From the sequence record DRR723986_6745: a stretch of DNA of 64,000 nucleotides, one strand, 5' to 3'. Each line of letters starts with the position of its first letter. The stretch's first letter is position 1. The notes beneath the pieces are model-generated. The model had not been told where the DNA came from. It saw only the letters and a program-made list of their open reading frames with translations, and did no database searches. Shown in pieces: positions 40,478 to 50,805 of this stretch. Position numbers and translations under genes: made by a program.

Positions 40478-41464
40478 ATGCTAAGTAGAGTAGCGAATAG
40501 TATTTATTGGCTGGGTAGATACCTGGAGCGTGCGGAGAATTATGCGCGATTTATCGATGTGAATTTCAATCTGATGCAGGATCTTCCTGTAGATCTCAAG
40601 GAGCAGTGGCATCCACTGATCGCTGCAACTGGAGATTTGGCTCTTTATGAGAAAAAGTGTACTGGCTACGAAAGAAATCAAGTTTTATTCTTCTTAGGAT
40701 TTGATGCCGAGAATCCAAACTCCATGCTCTCAACCATTAAAAATGCCCGGGAGAATGCACGGATAATCCGTGAAAACCTGAACAAGGAGACCTGGGAGAA
40801 AGCCAATGAACTTTATTATATGATGCAGGAAGGCTTGGAAAAAAAGGTGTGGAAGAAAGAGGATCCAAGGCCATTTTTTGAAAAGGTTAAAAACCAAATC
40901 TTATTGATTTACGGGATTGCTGATAGTAGTGTGGCGAGGATTGAAGGCTGGTATTTCAGGCAACTAGGGCAATATCTTGAGCGGGCTGACAAGACTTCTA
41001 GGATTTTGGACGTGAAGTATCACATTCTTTTGCCTGCAGATCAGCAGGTAGGGACGCCTCTCGATTTCTTGCATTGGATGGCATTGCTGAAATCTGTCAC
41101 CGCATTCAATACTTATCGGAGATTGTATGGAAATATTGAATCTGCCAATGTTGTAGAGTTTTTGGTCCTGAATAAATATTTCCCTAGATCTATTTACTAC
41201 TGTATTAAAGAAGCAGAGAAATGCCTGCACAATATTTCCGGAAATTTAGGCGGAGGATATATGAATTCCTCCGAGAAGGCAATTGGCGAATTGCGTTCGA
41301 AGCTAGAATTTGCAGAAGTGGGAGAGATTATTGGTTTTGGACTACATGAATATCTCGATAGTCTTCAATTGAAAATCAATGCGATTTCCAATAATGTGGA
41401 TTCTAATTTCTTCACCATCAGAGATAATCAAAATCACCAAAACCAAACCCAATCACAGAGTTGA
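40478..41464 (+). CDS. Alpha-E domain protein
   Basis: MLSRVA.SIYWLGRYLERAEN.AR, ARENAR, LG.YLERADKTSRILDVK, FPRS. Confidence 0.95.
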   Translation: MLSRVANSIYWLGRYLERAENYARFIDVNFNLMQDLPVDLKEQWHPLIAATGDLALYEKKCTGYERNQVLFFLGFDAENPNSMLSTIKNARENARIIRENLNKETWEKANELYYMMQEGLEKKVWKKEDPRPFFEKVKNQILLIYGIADSSVARIEGWYFRQLGQYLERADKTSRILDVKYHILLPADQQVGTPLDFLHWMALLKSVTAFNTYRRLYGNIESANVVEFLVLNKYFPRSIYYCIKEAEKCLHNISGNLGGGYMNSSEKAIGELRSKLEFAEVGEIIGFGLHEYLDSLQLKINAISNNVDSNFFTIRDNQNHQNQTQSQS

Positions 41465-41497
41465 TAGGTTCTTGGTAAAAGCATAGCCAAATAGTAT

Positions 41498-41531
41498 AAA
41501 AAATGCCCCAGCAATTTGCTAGGGCATTTTT
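41498..41531. terminator. Bidirectional terminator
   Basis: AAAAATGCCCCAGCAA-T-TTGCTAGGGCATTTTT between convergent genes. Confidence 0.85.
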
Positions 41532-41572
41532 GATTAGTAGACCTATCGGTTATTCTATTAACCTACATCGTA

Positions 41573-42709
41573 TTATTCAACTGAACTGTCTTTAAGCACT
41601 TTTTCTCTCAAATTTTCAAAACTGAAATCTGCGTTTTTGACTACTTGAATTGCCTTTGGAATCAACGCGGTTCCAACTAGCAGTCCTCCTATGGAGATGA
41701 CGTGTAGTGGGGATGTGAAATAGCTCCCTGATGTAAAAACACCTAGAATCAATAAGGTGCTGTACGGCATAGAAACTGCTAAAACGTTGATACCAAGATC
41801 AAGGTCAAAGGTAGGATTGCCTTTTTGAGATTCATTTTCATACTCAAGCTTTCTGATTGCGGACATGTGTGCAAAAGGCCAAAAACTAACGGCGCTTTGA
41901 GGAAATACTACAGCCAGTAAGACTGCGGCCTCAGAAGGCATTGGTACAAGCCAGATGAATAATCCGCTAAGTAAGAAGGTGAACCCTGCCCTAAAGGTCA
42001 GGATAGATGAAATCATTCGTAGCTGGTCCCATTTGAAGATCACTGCTATCCCGATGAATAAGAGGACAAGCGGGGTCATCATGTCTTTCATCATAACAAT
42101 GGATGAGCTAAGGAATGCTGGCATACTTTCCATATTAAATCCAAAGCTAAGTAATCCAATGGCGACTAAAATCACCAGGTTTATTGGCTCGCTTACCATA
42201 GCTAGAAGTAATTCTTTTACCTTTTGCCCATTAGATTTAGCCTTGAGTTGTTGGTTTTTGTAATACCAAGACATTGCTAACAAATATGCTAGAACTAAGA
42301 CGAATAACTTGTTGCCAATGTCAGCAAGTGCTGCCCAAGCCAGTACATCGTCTCCTAGATATTCTACAATAAATGGGAAACAAGTTAACCCTGGTGCAAG
42401 AGAAGGGAGAAGCAACATCAGTGTTCGCATAGCCGGACTATCTGCCTTGATACCAAAGAATGGTAGCGAGAACTTGGTAATGATGATCATCACAATATTA
42501 AAAACCAATGCCAATACCGGAAGAATTAGAAGATCCGGGTTGATTTCGATTTTCAACAAAGCCACAAAAATCATTGCCGGTAAGGCGATGTTTAGAATTA
42601 TGGTTTTTAACCCTTTTTTCTGATCCTCATTTTGTAGTTTTTTCTGGAGAAAAATCCCAATAACTATTAATAGAATCAGCGATAGAGTCTTCTGAAGTGC
42701 AATACTCAT
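41573..42709 (-). CDS. AEC (auxin efflux carrier)-family permease
   Basis: About 10 TM helices; NIALPAMIF and PLVLLFIG motifs. Confidence 0.75.
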   Translation of the reverse strand: MSIALQKTLSLILLIVIGIFLQKKLQNEDQKKGLKTIILNIALPAMIFVALLKIEINPDLLILPVLALVFNIVMIIITKFSLPFFGIKADSPAMRTLMLLLPSLAPGLTCFPFIVEYLGDDVLAWAALADIGNKLFVLVLAYLLAMSWYYKNQQLKAKSNGQKVKELLLAMVSEPINLVILVAIGLLSFGFNMESMPAFLSSSIVMMKDMMTPLVLLFIGIAVIFKWDQLRMISSILTFRAGFTFLLSGLFIWLVPMPSEAAVLLAVVFPQSAVSFWPFAHMSAIRKLEYENESQKGNPTFDLDLGINVLAVSMPYSTLLILGVFTSGSYFTSPLHVISIGGLLVGTALIPKAIQVVKNADFSFENLREKVLKDSSVE

Positions 42710-42724
42710 ACGAATTTTTGCTTA

Positions 42725-43897
42725 CTAGGCTGTCACTTTTTTGAAAGCGTCTACGAAAATTTCCATTTCCTCTTTTGTGCCCATGCTTACTCGGCACCAT
42801 GGTTTGTTGTCGATATTGAATACTCGAATACCTACTCCGCTATCGTACATACCTTTCATGAATGGTTGTCCCTCCATACGTAGTGGGAAGATCATAAAGC
42901 TGGTTTCTGAAGGTATAATATCATACCCAAGAGACGCGATTTCACCTTTAGTGTACTCTCTGCATTCGGTGTTCATTTCTCTACAACTCGTAATAAATCC
43001 AGGATCCTTTAAGCTTGCAATAGCCCCATTTAAAGAAGTGACGCAAAGTCCCATTGTACTTCTTACTTTCGACGTGATGCTTTCAATACGCTCTGGAAGT
43101 GCTACCATGTAACCGATTCTTAAGCCGGCCATTCCATGGACTTTAGAGAAGGTTCTGGCGATGATTACATCTTTGCCTTCAGCTACGAGTCCTACCATGG
43201 AAGATTCTTCAGGCTTTTGAAGGAATTCCAGGTACGCCTCATCCACGAAAACAGGTGTTTTTTCAGAAACAGTCGAACAGAAAGCTTTGAGTTTCTTGGC
43301 GTCTGTGATGGAGCCTGTCGGGTTGTTTGGGTTGCAGATGTAGACAAGGTTAGTCTCTGAGTCAACGGATTTAGCCATAGCATCTAGGTCATGCTGAAAG
43401 TCACCTGTTAATAGAGAAGGCTTCCAGGTTGCTCCTAGTTTCTGCGCGGTATTCATCAAGGACATATAAGATGGATCTGCAGAAACTACGTTACCGCCAT
43501 TCATGAACTGTACGAATGCAACTTTTTCCAGAATATCTGATGAACCTGGAGATAGCATGATGTGATCAGGTGTCACGCCTTCTTTCTCGGCAATCATATC
43601 GATGAGTACTTTTGCTTCTCCATGTCCATACCTATTGCCTAAGGAAATAGAGTCAGAGATGGCTTTAATTACTTTAGGTGAAGGCCCATAAGGATTTTCA
43701 TTTGCATTTAATTTGGCAACTATCCGTGCTTCATTGTAATTAAACAAAGGGATGTGCTCATTTAGAATAGAGTCTGGCTGATATGCGGCCAATGCTTTAT
43801 TTTTTGGTAGTGCAAAAGCTGGAGCGACAGCCATTGTTCCCATTGCCATTAGGCTGGATTTGATCCAAGTTCGTCTGTTAATAGAGTTGTTCATCAT
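42725..43897 (-). CDS. Class I/II PLP aminotransferase (HisC-like) with Tat signal peptide
   Basis: NRRTWIK twin-arginine leader; L.ANENPYGPS, CNPNNPTG, VDEAY, RTFSK.HG.AGLRIGY. Confidence 0.9.
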   Translation of the reverse strand: MMNNSINRRTWIKSSLMAMGTMAVAPAFALPKNKALAAYQPDSILNEHIPLFNYNEARIVAKLNANENPYGPSPKVIKAISDSISLGNRYGHGEAKVLIDMIAEKEGVTPDHIMLSPGSSDILEKVAFVQFMNGGNVVSADPSYMSLMNTAQKLGATWKPSLLTGDFQHDLDAMAKSVDSETNLVYICNPNNPTGSITDAKKLKAFCSTVSEKTPVFVDEAYLEFLQKPEESSMVGLVAEGKDVIIARTFSKVHGMAGLRIGYMVALPERIESITSKVRSTMGLCVTSLNGAIASLKDPGFITSCREMNTECREYTKGEIASLGYDIIPSETSFMIFPLRMEGQPFMKGMYDSGVGIRVFNIDNKPWCRVSMGTKEEMEIFVDAFKKVTA

Positions 43898-43942
43898 GAT
43901 TTAATAAGGTTGTTGAATGATTTTTTGATGTTATTAAAAGTG

Positions 43943-44386
43943 TTAGTTGACTCTTATGGTGTGGTATTTTCTAAATGGAACATTTTTGTAAGTTCCTGCG
44001 AATTCTAATCTGACAGAATTTCCGCTGGAAGCCTCGGAGAGCCCCAAATCAGCCCAAGAGACTACCAAATCAGCTGCGCCATCAGTGCCGGTTACTAGTC
44101 TGGCCACTTCATTCGTATTGTTGATGAATACCGCGATATCTAGATTTGGAACAGGTATAGAATCTATACCTTTCGTATGATCCAGAATATTGGTCTTATC
44201 CAGTTCCAAAAATTTGGATCCTACGGTGACTGGTGAGGTTGCCCCGAAGGAAGTTCCTTCGAGTAGGATTAAAACCGGAGAGGCTACATTTGGTGTTACC
44301 AAATCTTCTGCTTCCACACAGGATTGAGAGAAAGCAAGGGTGATGAAAGCTGCCGCTAGTAAGTATATGTTGAATGACTTTTTCAT
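43943..44386 (-). CDS. Lipoprotein (SusD-adjacent, unknown function)
   Basis: MKKS...FSQSC lipobox followed by acidic VEAED, as in surface-exported Bacteroidota lipoproteins. Confidence 0.75.
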   Translation of the reverse strand: MKKSFNIYLLAAAFITLAFSQSCVEAEDLVTPNVASPVLILLEGTSFGATSPVTVGSKFLELDKTNILDHTKGIDSIPVPNLDIAVFINNTNEVARLVTGTDGAADLVVSWADLGLSEASSGNSVRLEFAGTYKNVPFRKYHTIRVN

Positions 44387-44421
44387 AAGAAATTGAATTG
44401 AATGATTAGAGGTTGATTTGG

Positions 44422-45882
44422 TTATTCTACCCACCAAAGTGGAGTTCTCATGTTGTCAGATCCGCCAAGTTTGCTGACACCTTCGTCCAGATTAGTCTTA
44501 TTAAGGGAGTATTCTGAAGTAGGGTATTCGATTCGGGTAGGCAGTACACCTTCGTTGGAAAAGACCGAGCTAGGATGGGGAGCAGACATCACTGGATAGC
44601 CTGTACGGCGATATTCATTCCATGCTTCAACTCCCTGCCCGAAAAGAGCAATCCATTTTTGAGTCATGATACTCTCTTTGGTTACTCCGCCTATTCGGCT
44701 CATGTAATCACTTGGCATGGTTAGACCTTGCTGATGGAATGATGCTTTAATCGCGCTTTCAAGAAATGCTGAGGCATCACCTTCTATATCCCCATCTAAT
44801 GCAGCCTCTGCTTTGATGAATTCCACCTCAGCATAGGTCATTAGTACACTAGGAGCCGTAGGGTCCAAATATTTAAGTCCAATTCGCGAAGCGTTGAAGG
44901 TGCCAGCTGCTGCATCTGTAAGTCCATTTGGCAATCCAGCATAGGTACCATCGTCCAATGGTTGCGCATAAACTGTGATTCTTTCGTCATCAAGTTCAAG
45001 TAGCTTGTTGATGAGTGTAGTACTGATATTCCAGTCTGAGCGAGTTGAGAATACATCAAACATTTTGTTTCTGCTTCCAATTACATCGAAATGAGTTAGT
45101 TCGGCCGCTTGGGCGTTGTTTTCGATAATTGGGTATTTTACAGGATCAGATAGAATCTGAGTCATAATAGCACTAGATTCTGCAGGTTTTTTAGCTGCCT
45201 GGCGGTTTGCTATTCTCAAAGCGAGGGAATTCGTAAAGCGTTTCCATTTCATGATATCCCCATTAAAGAGGATGTCTCCAACAACAGCTGGCCCCGATGT
45301 GGAAAGGAGATCGTTCGCCTCCATTAAATCAGCTAAAATTCCAGCATAAACTTCCTCCATTGAATCATACGCAGGAGAGTTAATGGCTTCTTCTGCTGTT
45401 CCTTTAAGGGATTCAGAATAGGGTATTGGGCCAAATACATCCGTCAGGTATGCAAATGAGAAGGATTGCATTGTCATTGCTATTCCTAAGTAGTTGGCAT
45501 TTTCATATTCTGCTCCGGCGGCCGTTAAGGATTTAACCCGTTCGAAATTGATCAGCGATTCATTATATATACTATTCCAGGTGCCTGAAGAAATGGTAAG
45601 TGGTATTTCATAGCTGTCTCCTTCTGCATTGATATAGATGTTTCTGGATAGATGTTGGATCCAGCACATAGCGGCATCTATATTCAGTCTCTGGTATCGG
45701 GTGCTGTGTCCCCAGTATCTGTCTACTACTACTTGTATGGCATTTGGCAGAAGTAGAGAAGGGGAAATAGAGACAGGATTGTTAGGGTCGGTGTTGATTT
45801 CTTCAAAATCCTTGGTGCAGGACGTAAGCGTACCAAAAGAGAGAAGAAGTATGGCGATGGTTGATTTATATAGTCTTTTCAT
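44422..45882 (-). CDS. SusD/RagB-family lipoprotein
   Basis: LTSC lipobox, DFEEINTDPN, TD.FG.IPYSE, KW.RF.NSL.LR, I.TQKWIALF.QG.EAW.EYRRTGYP. Confidence 0.95.
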   Translation of the reverse strand: MKRLYKSTIAILLLSFGTLTSCTKDFEEINTDPNNPVSISPSLLLPNAIQVVVDRYWGHSTRYQRLNIDAAMCWIQHLSRNIYINAEGDSYEIPLTISSGTWNSIYNESLINFERVKSLTAAGAEYENANYLGIAMTMQSFSFAYLTDVFGPIPYSESLKGTAEEAINSPAYDSMEEVYAGILADLMEANDLLSTSGPAVVGDILFNGDIMKWKRFTNSLALRIANRQAAKKPAESSAIMTQILSDPVKYPIIENNAQAAELTHFDVIGSRNKMFDVFSTRSDWNISTTLINKLLELDDERITVYAQPLDDGTYAGLPNGLTDAAAGTFNASRIGLKYLDPTAPSVLMTYAEVEFIKAEAALDGDIEGDASAFLESAIKASFHQQGLTMPSDYMSRIGGVTKESIMTQKWIALFGQGVEAWNEYRRTGYPVMSAPHPSSVFSNEGVLPTRIEYPTSEYSLNKTNLDEGVSKLGGSDNMRTPLWWVE

Positions 45883-46002
45883 GTGTTTATTATTTGATGT
45901 TTTTGGCCACATGGAATCTCACATGGTAAATAATAATGTCTGTTGATGACTTCTGAGTCATGTTTGATTTCATGATAAGTTCTTTATAGGTAGAGAATTA
46001 GA

Positions 46003-49000
46003 TCAGAATGTCACGTGAAGATTGAATCCCAGATTTCGGGTAGAGGGCATTTCTCCATAAGAAAATCCTTGACCGTTCCCTCCTTTGTCATCAACTTCTG
46101 GATCCATGTGGGGATGGTTTTTATATAGCATCGCCAGATTTCTTCCTACAAATGATAGCTTCATTGTTTGTATGAACTTATTGCCCAGGAAGTTTTTTGG
46201 GAATACATATCCCACAGACAGTTCACGGAGTTTTACATAAGTCCCGTCAAAAATTCCCGATTCGTGGTACGTTCTCGGATTTTGGGAATTCCAGAATGTT
46301 CCCGCGCTAGCAATGACATCATTTGGTACATAAACTGGTTCTTCTGAAGTGCCTATATTCTTGACACCTTGGCCTATTACACCTTCTTCTCTACCAATAG
46401 CAGTTTCAGCATATTGTCCTGTTTTTCTGGCAAGACCAGTTCCTACATCGAAAATATCTCCGCCCATTTTCATATCAATCAACATGTTGAGCTCAAGTCC
46501 TTTGTAAGCGAATGAGTTGCTCCATCCACCGATCCAGTCGGGCTGTATATTGCCTAAAATGTGAGTTCCGCTTTCCAAAACTGGCAGGCCATTGTTATAG
46601 ATGATTTCTCCTTCTGGACTGCGCTCATATCTTCTTCCATAAAGCGAACCATATGGCTGACCCACTCTTGCTTCGGACGTCAATGAGTTTTGAGTTGCTA
46701 AAATGTAGTTTTCCAAACCTTCAGCTAGTTCAACCACCTTATTCCTGTTTCTCGCAAAATTGAATGCGGAATACCAGCTAAATCCGGATGCAGTATTGAT
46801 TGGAGTAGCATTAATTGTCAATTCTATCCCTTGGTTTGTGATCTCACCTGCATTAAGAATTTGGCTGGAATACCCTGAAGCCGTAGAGATAGATACTGCT
46901 AAGATTTGATTGACAGTTGATTGATGGTAATAAGTGAAATCAATGCCGGCTCTTCCTTCAAAAAACCTCAAGTCTAAGCCTACCTCTTTTCCAGTGGTGA
47001 TTTCAGGTTTTAATGTTCTATTAGCTATTTCATTAGATTCAGCATAGGTAGGGGTGGTGCCTGCCCACAGTCCTTCTGACGAATAAACTTGATTTAGGAG
47101 GTATGGATCGGCGTCATTACCAACTTGTGCTATACTCCCTCTTATTTTTGCAAAGGATAGAACGTCTGACTGAACATTGAAAATATCTGTCAAAACAGCA
47201 CTCAACGCCACCGATGGATAGAAGAATGAGTTGTTGTTAGTCGGTAAAGTACTAGACCAATCGTTTCGGCCAGTTACATCAAGGAATAGGTAATTGTTGA
47301 ATCCAAATTGGGCGGACCCGAAGACACTATTCACTACTTGTTTTCTGATGGTGCTAGATGGCGTGACCGGGCTAGCGTAATTGCCTAAGTTGTAAAGCCC
47401 ATCTATCGTGAGCTGTCCTACATTCACCGAAGTGCTTTTGTAGTTATTTACTCTATTGTTTGCTCCAGCTTGGATTTTCAAGGAAAGTCTTGGAAACAAG
47501 TCTTTGTCAAATGTCAAGATAACATCACTATTGGTTTCCTGACTGTTTAGAACTGATTCAGTGTAGGAGCCAAATCTTTTGACATTGTTTTTGAAACTTT
47601 CAGCGCTGTTGATATTTATGCGCGTATCAGACCAGTAATCAGTTCCTGACCTTGCCATGATGCTGAAATGCTCATTGATGTCATAATTTAGTGCGATACT
47701 ACCTACTAGGCGATCTTTTTCATTAGAGCTAGGTAGATACTTCTGGTTGAAAAAGGGATTTGAAAAGTATTCATGTTGCCAGTTAGCATAAGGGTAATCG
47801 TCTCCTGGTCGGAAGGTTTGTCTTTGGATATCATAGTAATCTTCCCAGTTTTTCAGCTTGGTGTAATCCGTATGTCTGTGGGCCCAGATAAAGTCCTGGC
47901 TACCTGTAAAACCTCTATTGTCTGATCCTGATTTTATATATTCTGCATTTACACTCATTTGAAGTTTAGGGACGAACTTATAAGAAGTGTTCAGTTTGAA
48001 GTTGTTTCGGTAGTAATCATTGTCAGCCATGATACTTGTCTGATCTAATCTTCCAATTGCTACCCGAAAGCTTCCTTGGTCATTACCTCCGGAAAGTGCG
48101 ATTGTATTTGTTACGCTTTGCCCAGTCTCCCAAAAATCTTCCCAGTTGTTAGGCTGTGGAAGCAATGGAACGCGTTCGGGAGCTGAATACCAAAGAGGAA
48201 CTAAACTGCCATCCATTGGAGCTCCCCAGCTTTCATCTACACCCGCGGTACCTCTTATCCCATCCGCATCAAAACCGTTTCTTCCGTCTACATACCAAGT
48301 TCTATAACCGGAACCTCCGCCATACGTGTTCTGGAAATTTGGTTTAACTAAGGGATTGTCCATAGTCATATTGCTATTGAACTCTATACCTATCCCTTTC
48401 GAACCAGCTCCGTTTTTAGTAGTGACCATGATGACACCGTTTGCAGCACGTGAGCCATACAATGCGGCAGCTGTAGCGCCTTTTAGGATAGTCATTTCCT
48501 TGATGTTGTCAGGGCTGATTTCAGAAAGTCCATTTCCGTATTGCCTGCTGGAGGTCTGCTCCAGCGGTACTCCATCTACTACAACTAGTGGTTGATTATT
48601 ACCCGCCACAGAGGATGAGCCTCTAATAACTACATGTGCACCACTTCCAGGCATAGAGTTGCCTGTCACTTGTACTCCGGCGACTCTACCAGAGAGGCTG
48701 TTTGCTACATTAGAAGGACGTGATTCAGTGAGAGCACTACCATCTACGCTTTGAGTGGAATAGCCTAAGGCTTTTTTATCTCTTTCCAGTCCAAAAGCCG
48801 TTACTACTACTTCATTTAGTGCTAAATCAGATGATGCTAATTCGATGGTGAACATTGACGTTGACCCCACCGTTATTTCCTGAGTGGTAAACCCAATAAA
48901 TGATACCATAAGGATAGGATCTTCTGTTTCGTCATTCAATGTGAGTGAGAATTTCCCATCTATATCAGTGACAGTTCCGTTCATCGTTCCTTTGATCAAA

Positions 49001-49473
49001 ATACTGGCTCCAGGAATGGGAACTTGATCATCGTCTAATACAACACCTTTAATGGTTCTTTCAATATTCTGAACAGTAGCAGTGGGTATTTGATAGCTAA
49101 AGTTGTTTGCAGGTGCTATGGGTGCTTGAGTTTGTGAGGATTCTAACATGTAAAAGTCTCCAGCACCTTTTCTGAAATTTATCTGACTTCCTTTCAGGAT
49201 ACGTTGTAAATTTTCTTCCGCAGTAAGCTTCGAATTTATAGCTGCAGGAATTTTTGTGTAAGGATCAACAATTGAAGTAGGGTAGGCTATTGAAATAGCA
49301 TAAAGATCTTCAAGTTCTTTGAGCGTTGATTCTAGGTTTTTATTTTCCGACTTCACGTTAGAAGTTGGACCTTTGGCGAATTGTGTGAGATTTTGGCCTT
49401 GTGCAGAGATTGGGAGTGCCAGCACTCCTGTTACTCCGGCAACCAATAGATAACGGGTAAATTTGATGAGCAT
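46003..49473 (-). CDS. SusC/RagA TonB-dependent transducer (with N-terminal signalling extension)
   Basis: STN-like N-terminus, EVVVTAFG, plug LKGA.AAALYGSRAANGVI.VTTK, C-terminal F. Confidence 0.95.
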   Translation of the reverse strand: MLIKFTRYLLVAGVTGVLALPISAQGQNLTQFAKGPTSNVKSENKNLESTLKELEDLYAISIAYPTSIVDPYTKIPAAINSKLTAEENLQRILKGSQINFRKGAGDFYMLESSQTQAPIAPANNFSYQIPTATVQNIERTIKGVVLDDDQVPIPGASILIKGTMNGTVTDIDGKFSLTLNDETEDPILMVSFIGFTTQEITVGSTSMFTIELASSDLALNEVVVTAFGLERDKKALGYSTQSVDGSALTESRPSNVANSLSGRVAGVQVTGNSMPGSGAHVVIRGSSSVAGNNQPLVVVDGVPLEQTSSRQYGNGLSEISPDNIKEMTILKGATAAALYGSRAANGVIMVTTKNGAGSKGIGIEFNSNMTMDNPLVKPNFQNTYGGGSGYRTWYVDGRNGFDADGIRGTAGVDESWGAPMDGSLVPLWYSAPERVPLLPQPNNWEDFWETGQSVTNTIALSGGNDQGSFRVAIGRLDQTSIMADNDYYRNNFKLNTSYKFVPKLQMSVNAEYIKSGSDNRGFTGSQDFIWAHRHTDYTKLKNWEDYYDIQRQTFRPGDDYPYANWQHEYFSNPFFNQKYLPSSNEKDRLVGSIALNYDINEHFSIMARSGTDYWSDTRININSAESFKNNVKRFGSYTESVLNSQETNSDVILTFDKDLFPRLSLKIQAGANNRVNNYKSTSVNVGQLTIDGLYNLGNYASPVTPSSTIRKQVVNSVFGSAQFGFNNYLFLDVTGRNDWSSTLPTNNNSFFYPSVALSAVLTDIFNVQSDVLSFAKIRGSIAQVGNDADPYLLNQVYSSEGLWAGTTPTYAESNEIANRTLKPEITTGKEVGLDLRFFEGRAGIDFTYYHQSTVNQILAVSISTASGYSSQILNAGEITNQGIELTINATPINTASGFSWYSAFNFARNRNKVVELAEGLENYILATQNSLTSEARVGQPYGSLYGRRYERSPEGEIIYNNGLPVLESGTHILGNIQPDWIGGWSNSFAYKGLELNMLIDMKMGGDIFDVGTGLARKTGQYAETAIGREEGVIGQGVKNIGTSEEPVYVPNDVIASAGTFWNSQNPRTYHESGIFDGTYVKLRELSVGYVFPKNFLGNKFIQTMKLSFVGRNLAMLYKNHPHMDPEVDDKGGNGQGFSYGEMPSTRNLGFNLHVTF

Positions 49474-49677
49474 AGATGAATAGGTTAGTGGTTAGAATGA
49501 TTACTCGCGTCTATTTTGGGCTAATTGCTGATCATTCAATCCCTTGGGTATGGTTACTACCTAGGATTCACTAGTGCACTTTTTGAGCTTTGGGTTTTAG
49601 GCCTAAAGCTTTTGCTCGAACTTAATTTTCTATGGTATTCGGTTTGCTTGCGATCCGGCCGAAAGGCAAGCGGTATT

Positions 49678-50592
49678 CTATTGTATTCTGATTAAATTTT
49701 TGTCAAGGTTGATTTTTGTATTGAAAAGCACTTCGATATTATTGATCACTTCATTGGGATTATCGGTTAGCGGTAAGCTTCCTGAAATAAGTTGGTTGCT
49801 CGGTGGTATTTTTTGATCAATTAATTCCAAATCATATAATTCAGTCACCACTCCCAGGATGTCTTCTAGGCTTTCGTTTTGCATGCGAAGCTTACGATCC
49901 TGCCAGGCAAGAAGTCTTAGAGGGTCAGGGACTGTTTTACTTTCTATATGATTCTTCTCTAGGTTCAGTTTTATTGTTTCTCCTGGTATTACCATTCGAT
50001 TTGTCTCACCTTCTTCTCCCTGATATCCCAGTTTCACACTTCCTTCAATTAGTGTCAGTTTGTGAATAGGGTGTTGGTTTTTAAAATTAAATTCAGTTCC
50101 AAAGACTTCAACCTCTATTACTTTACCTTCATTGATCAGAAATCTTTTTATGTCGTCATTTTTTGCAATGTCAAAATATGCCTCACCGATTAAATCCACT
50201 TTTCTTTCAAAACCATTTATCCAACTATAGCTATAGGAAAGTGATGAGTTGGAATTTAGTAAAGCGGTAGATCCATCAGGTAAGGTGATTTTCAACGTTT
50301 CGTTTGATCCTGTTTTATATAGTATCACTTCTTGTTTTACCGCGTGCCATAGTCCAAAGCTTAGTGCAATTAGAAGTAAAAACGAAGCAGCAATTTTTGA
50401 AAAGTGAAGTATTTTCCTTTGTTGTATGGCTTTCTCCTCTCGTCTTCTGATTCCTGACTTTATTCCTACTAGTATTCTCTTTCTCAGAGCCTGTTGTTCT
50501 GCCTCATCTAGTTGGTCTAAATAGTTCGATTCATGAGTTGTGTTAGACTCTGAATTTTCATCTTGAAATATTTTGGAATTGTTTTCCATCAT
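49678..50592 (-). CDS. FecR-family anti-sigma factor
   Basis: TM helix then LPDGS...LN.NSSL, L.GEAYFDI, VFGTEFN, L.EGSV. Confidence 0.92.
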   Translation of the reverse strand: MMENNSKIFQDENSESNTTHESNYLDQLDEAEQQALRKRILVGIKSGIRRREEKAIQQRKILHFSKIAASFLLLIALSFGLWHAVKQEVILYKTGSNETLKITLPDGSTALLNSNSSLSYSYSWINGFERKVDLIGEAYFDIAKNDDIKRFLINEGKVIEVEVFGTEFNFKNQHPIHKLTLIEGSVKLGYQGEEGETNRMVIPGETIKLNLEKNHIESKTVPDPLRLLAWQDRKLRMQNESLEDILGVVTELYDLELIDQKIPPSNQLISGSLPLTDNPNEVINNIEVLFNTKINLDKNLIRIQ

Positions 50593-50805
50593 GAATTTCG
50601 TGTTATACTATATATGTCAATTCACACATAATTATCCTCTATTCAAAAGTGAAAAAAAACTAAGTTTTTTAAAAAATACATTTTTTGGTGATGCTTAGGT
50701 AAAAATAGTACCCTGATATAATATTTTTTGCAAAAGTACCTTTTGCGGTTTTTGGCTAGAAAAATCTAAAAATGATAGCGTTTGGGCTGTCTTCAAAGGA
50801 ATAGG

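Noticed and set aside
42725-43897. Gene symbol hisC
   Set aside because: The Tat leader and SusCD context argue against the biosynthetic HisC, so only the family is called.
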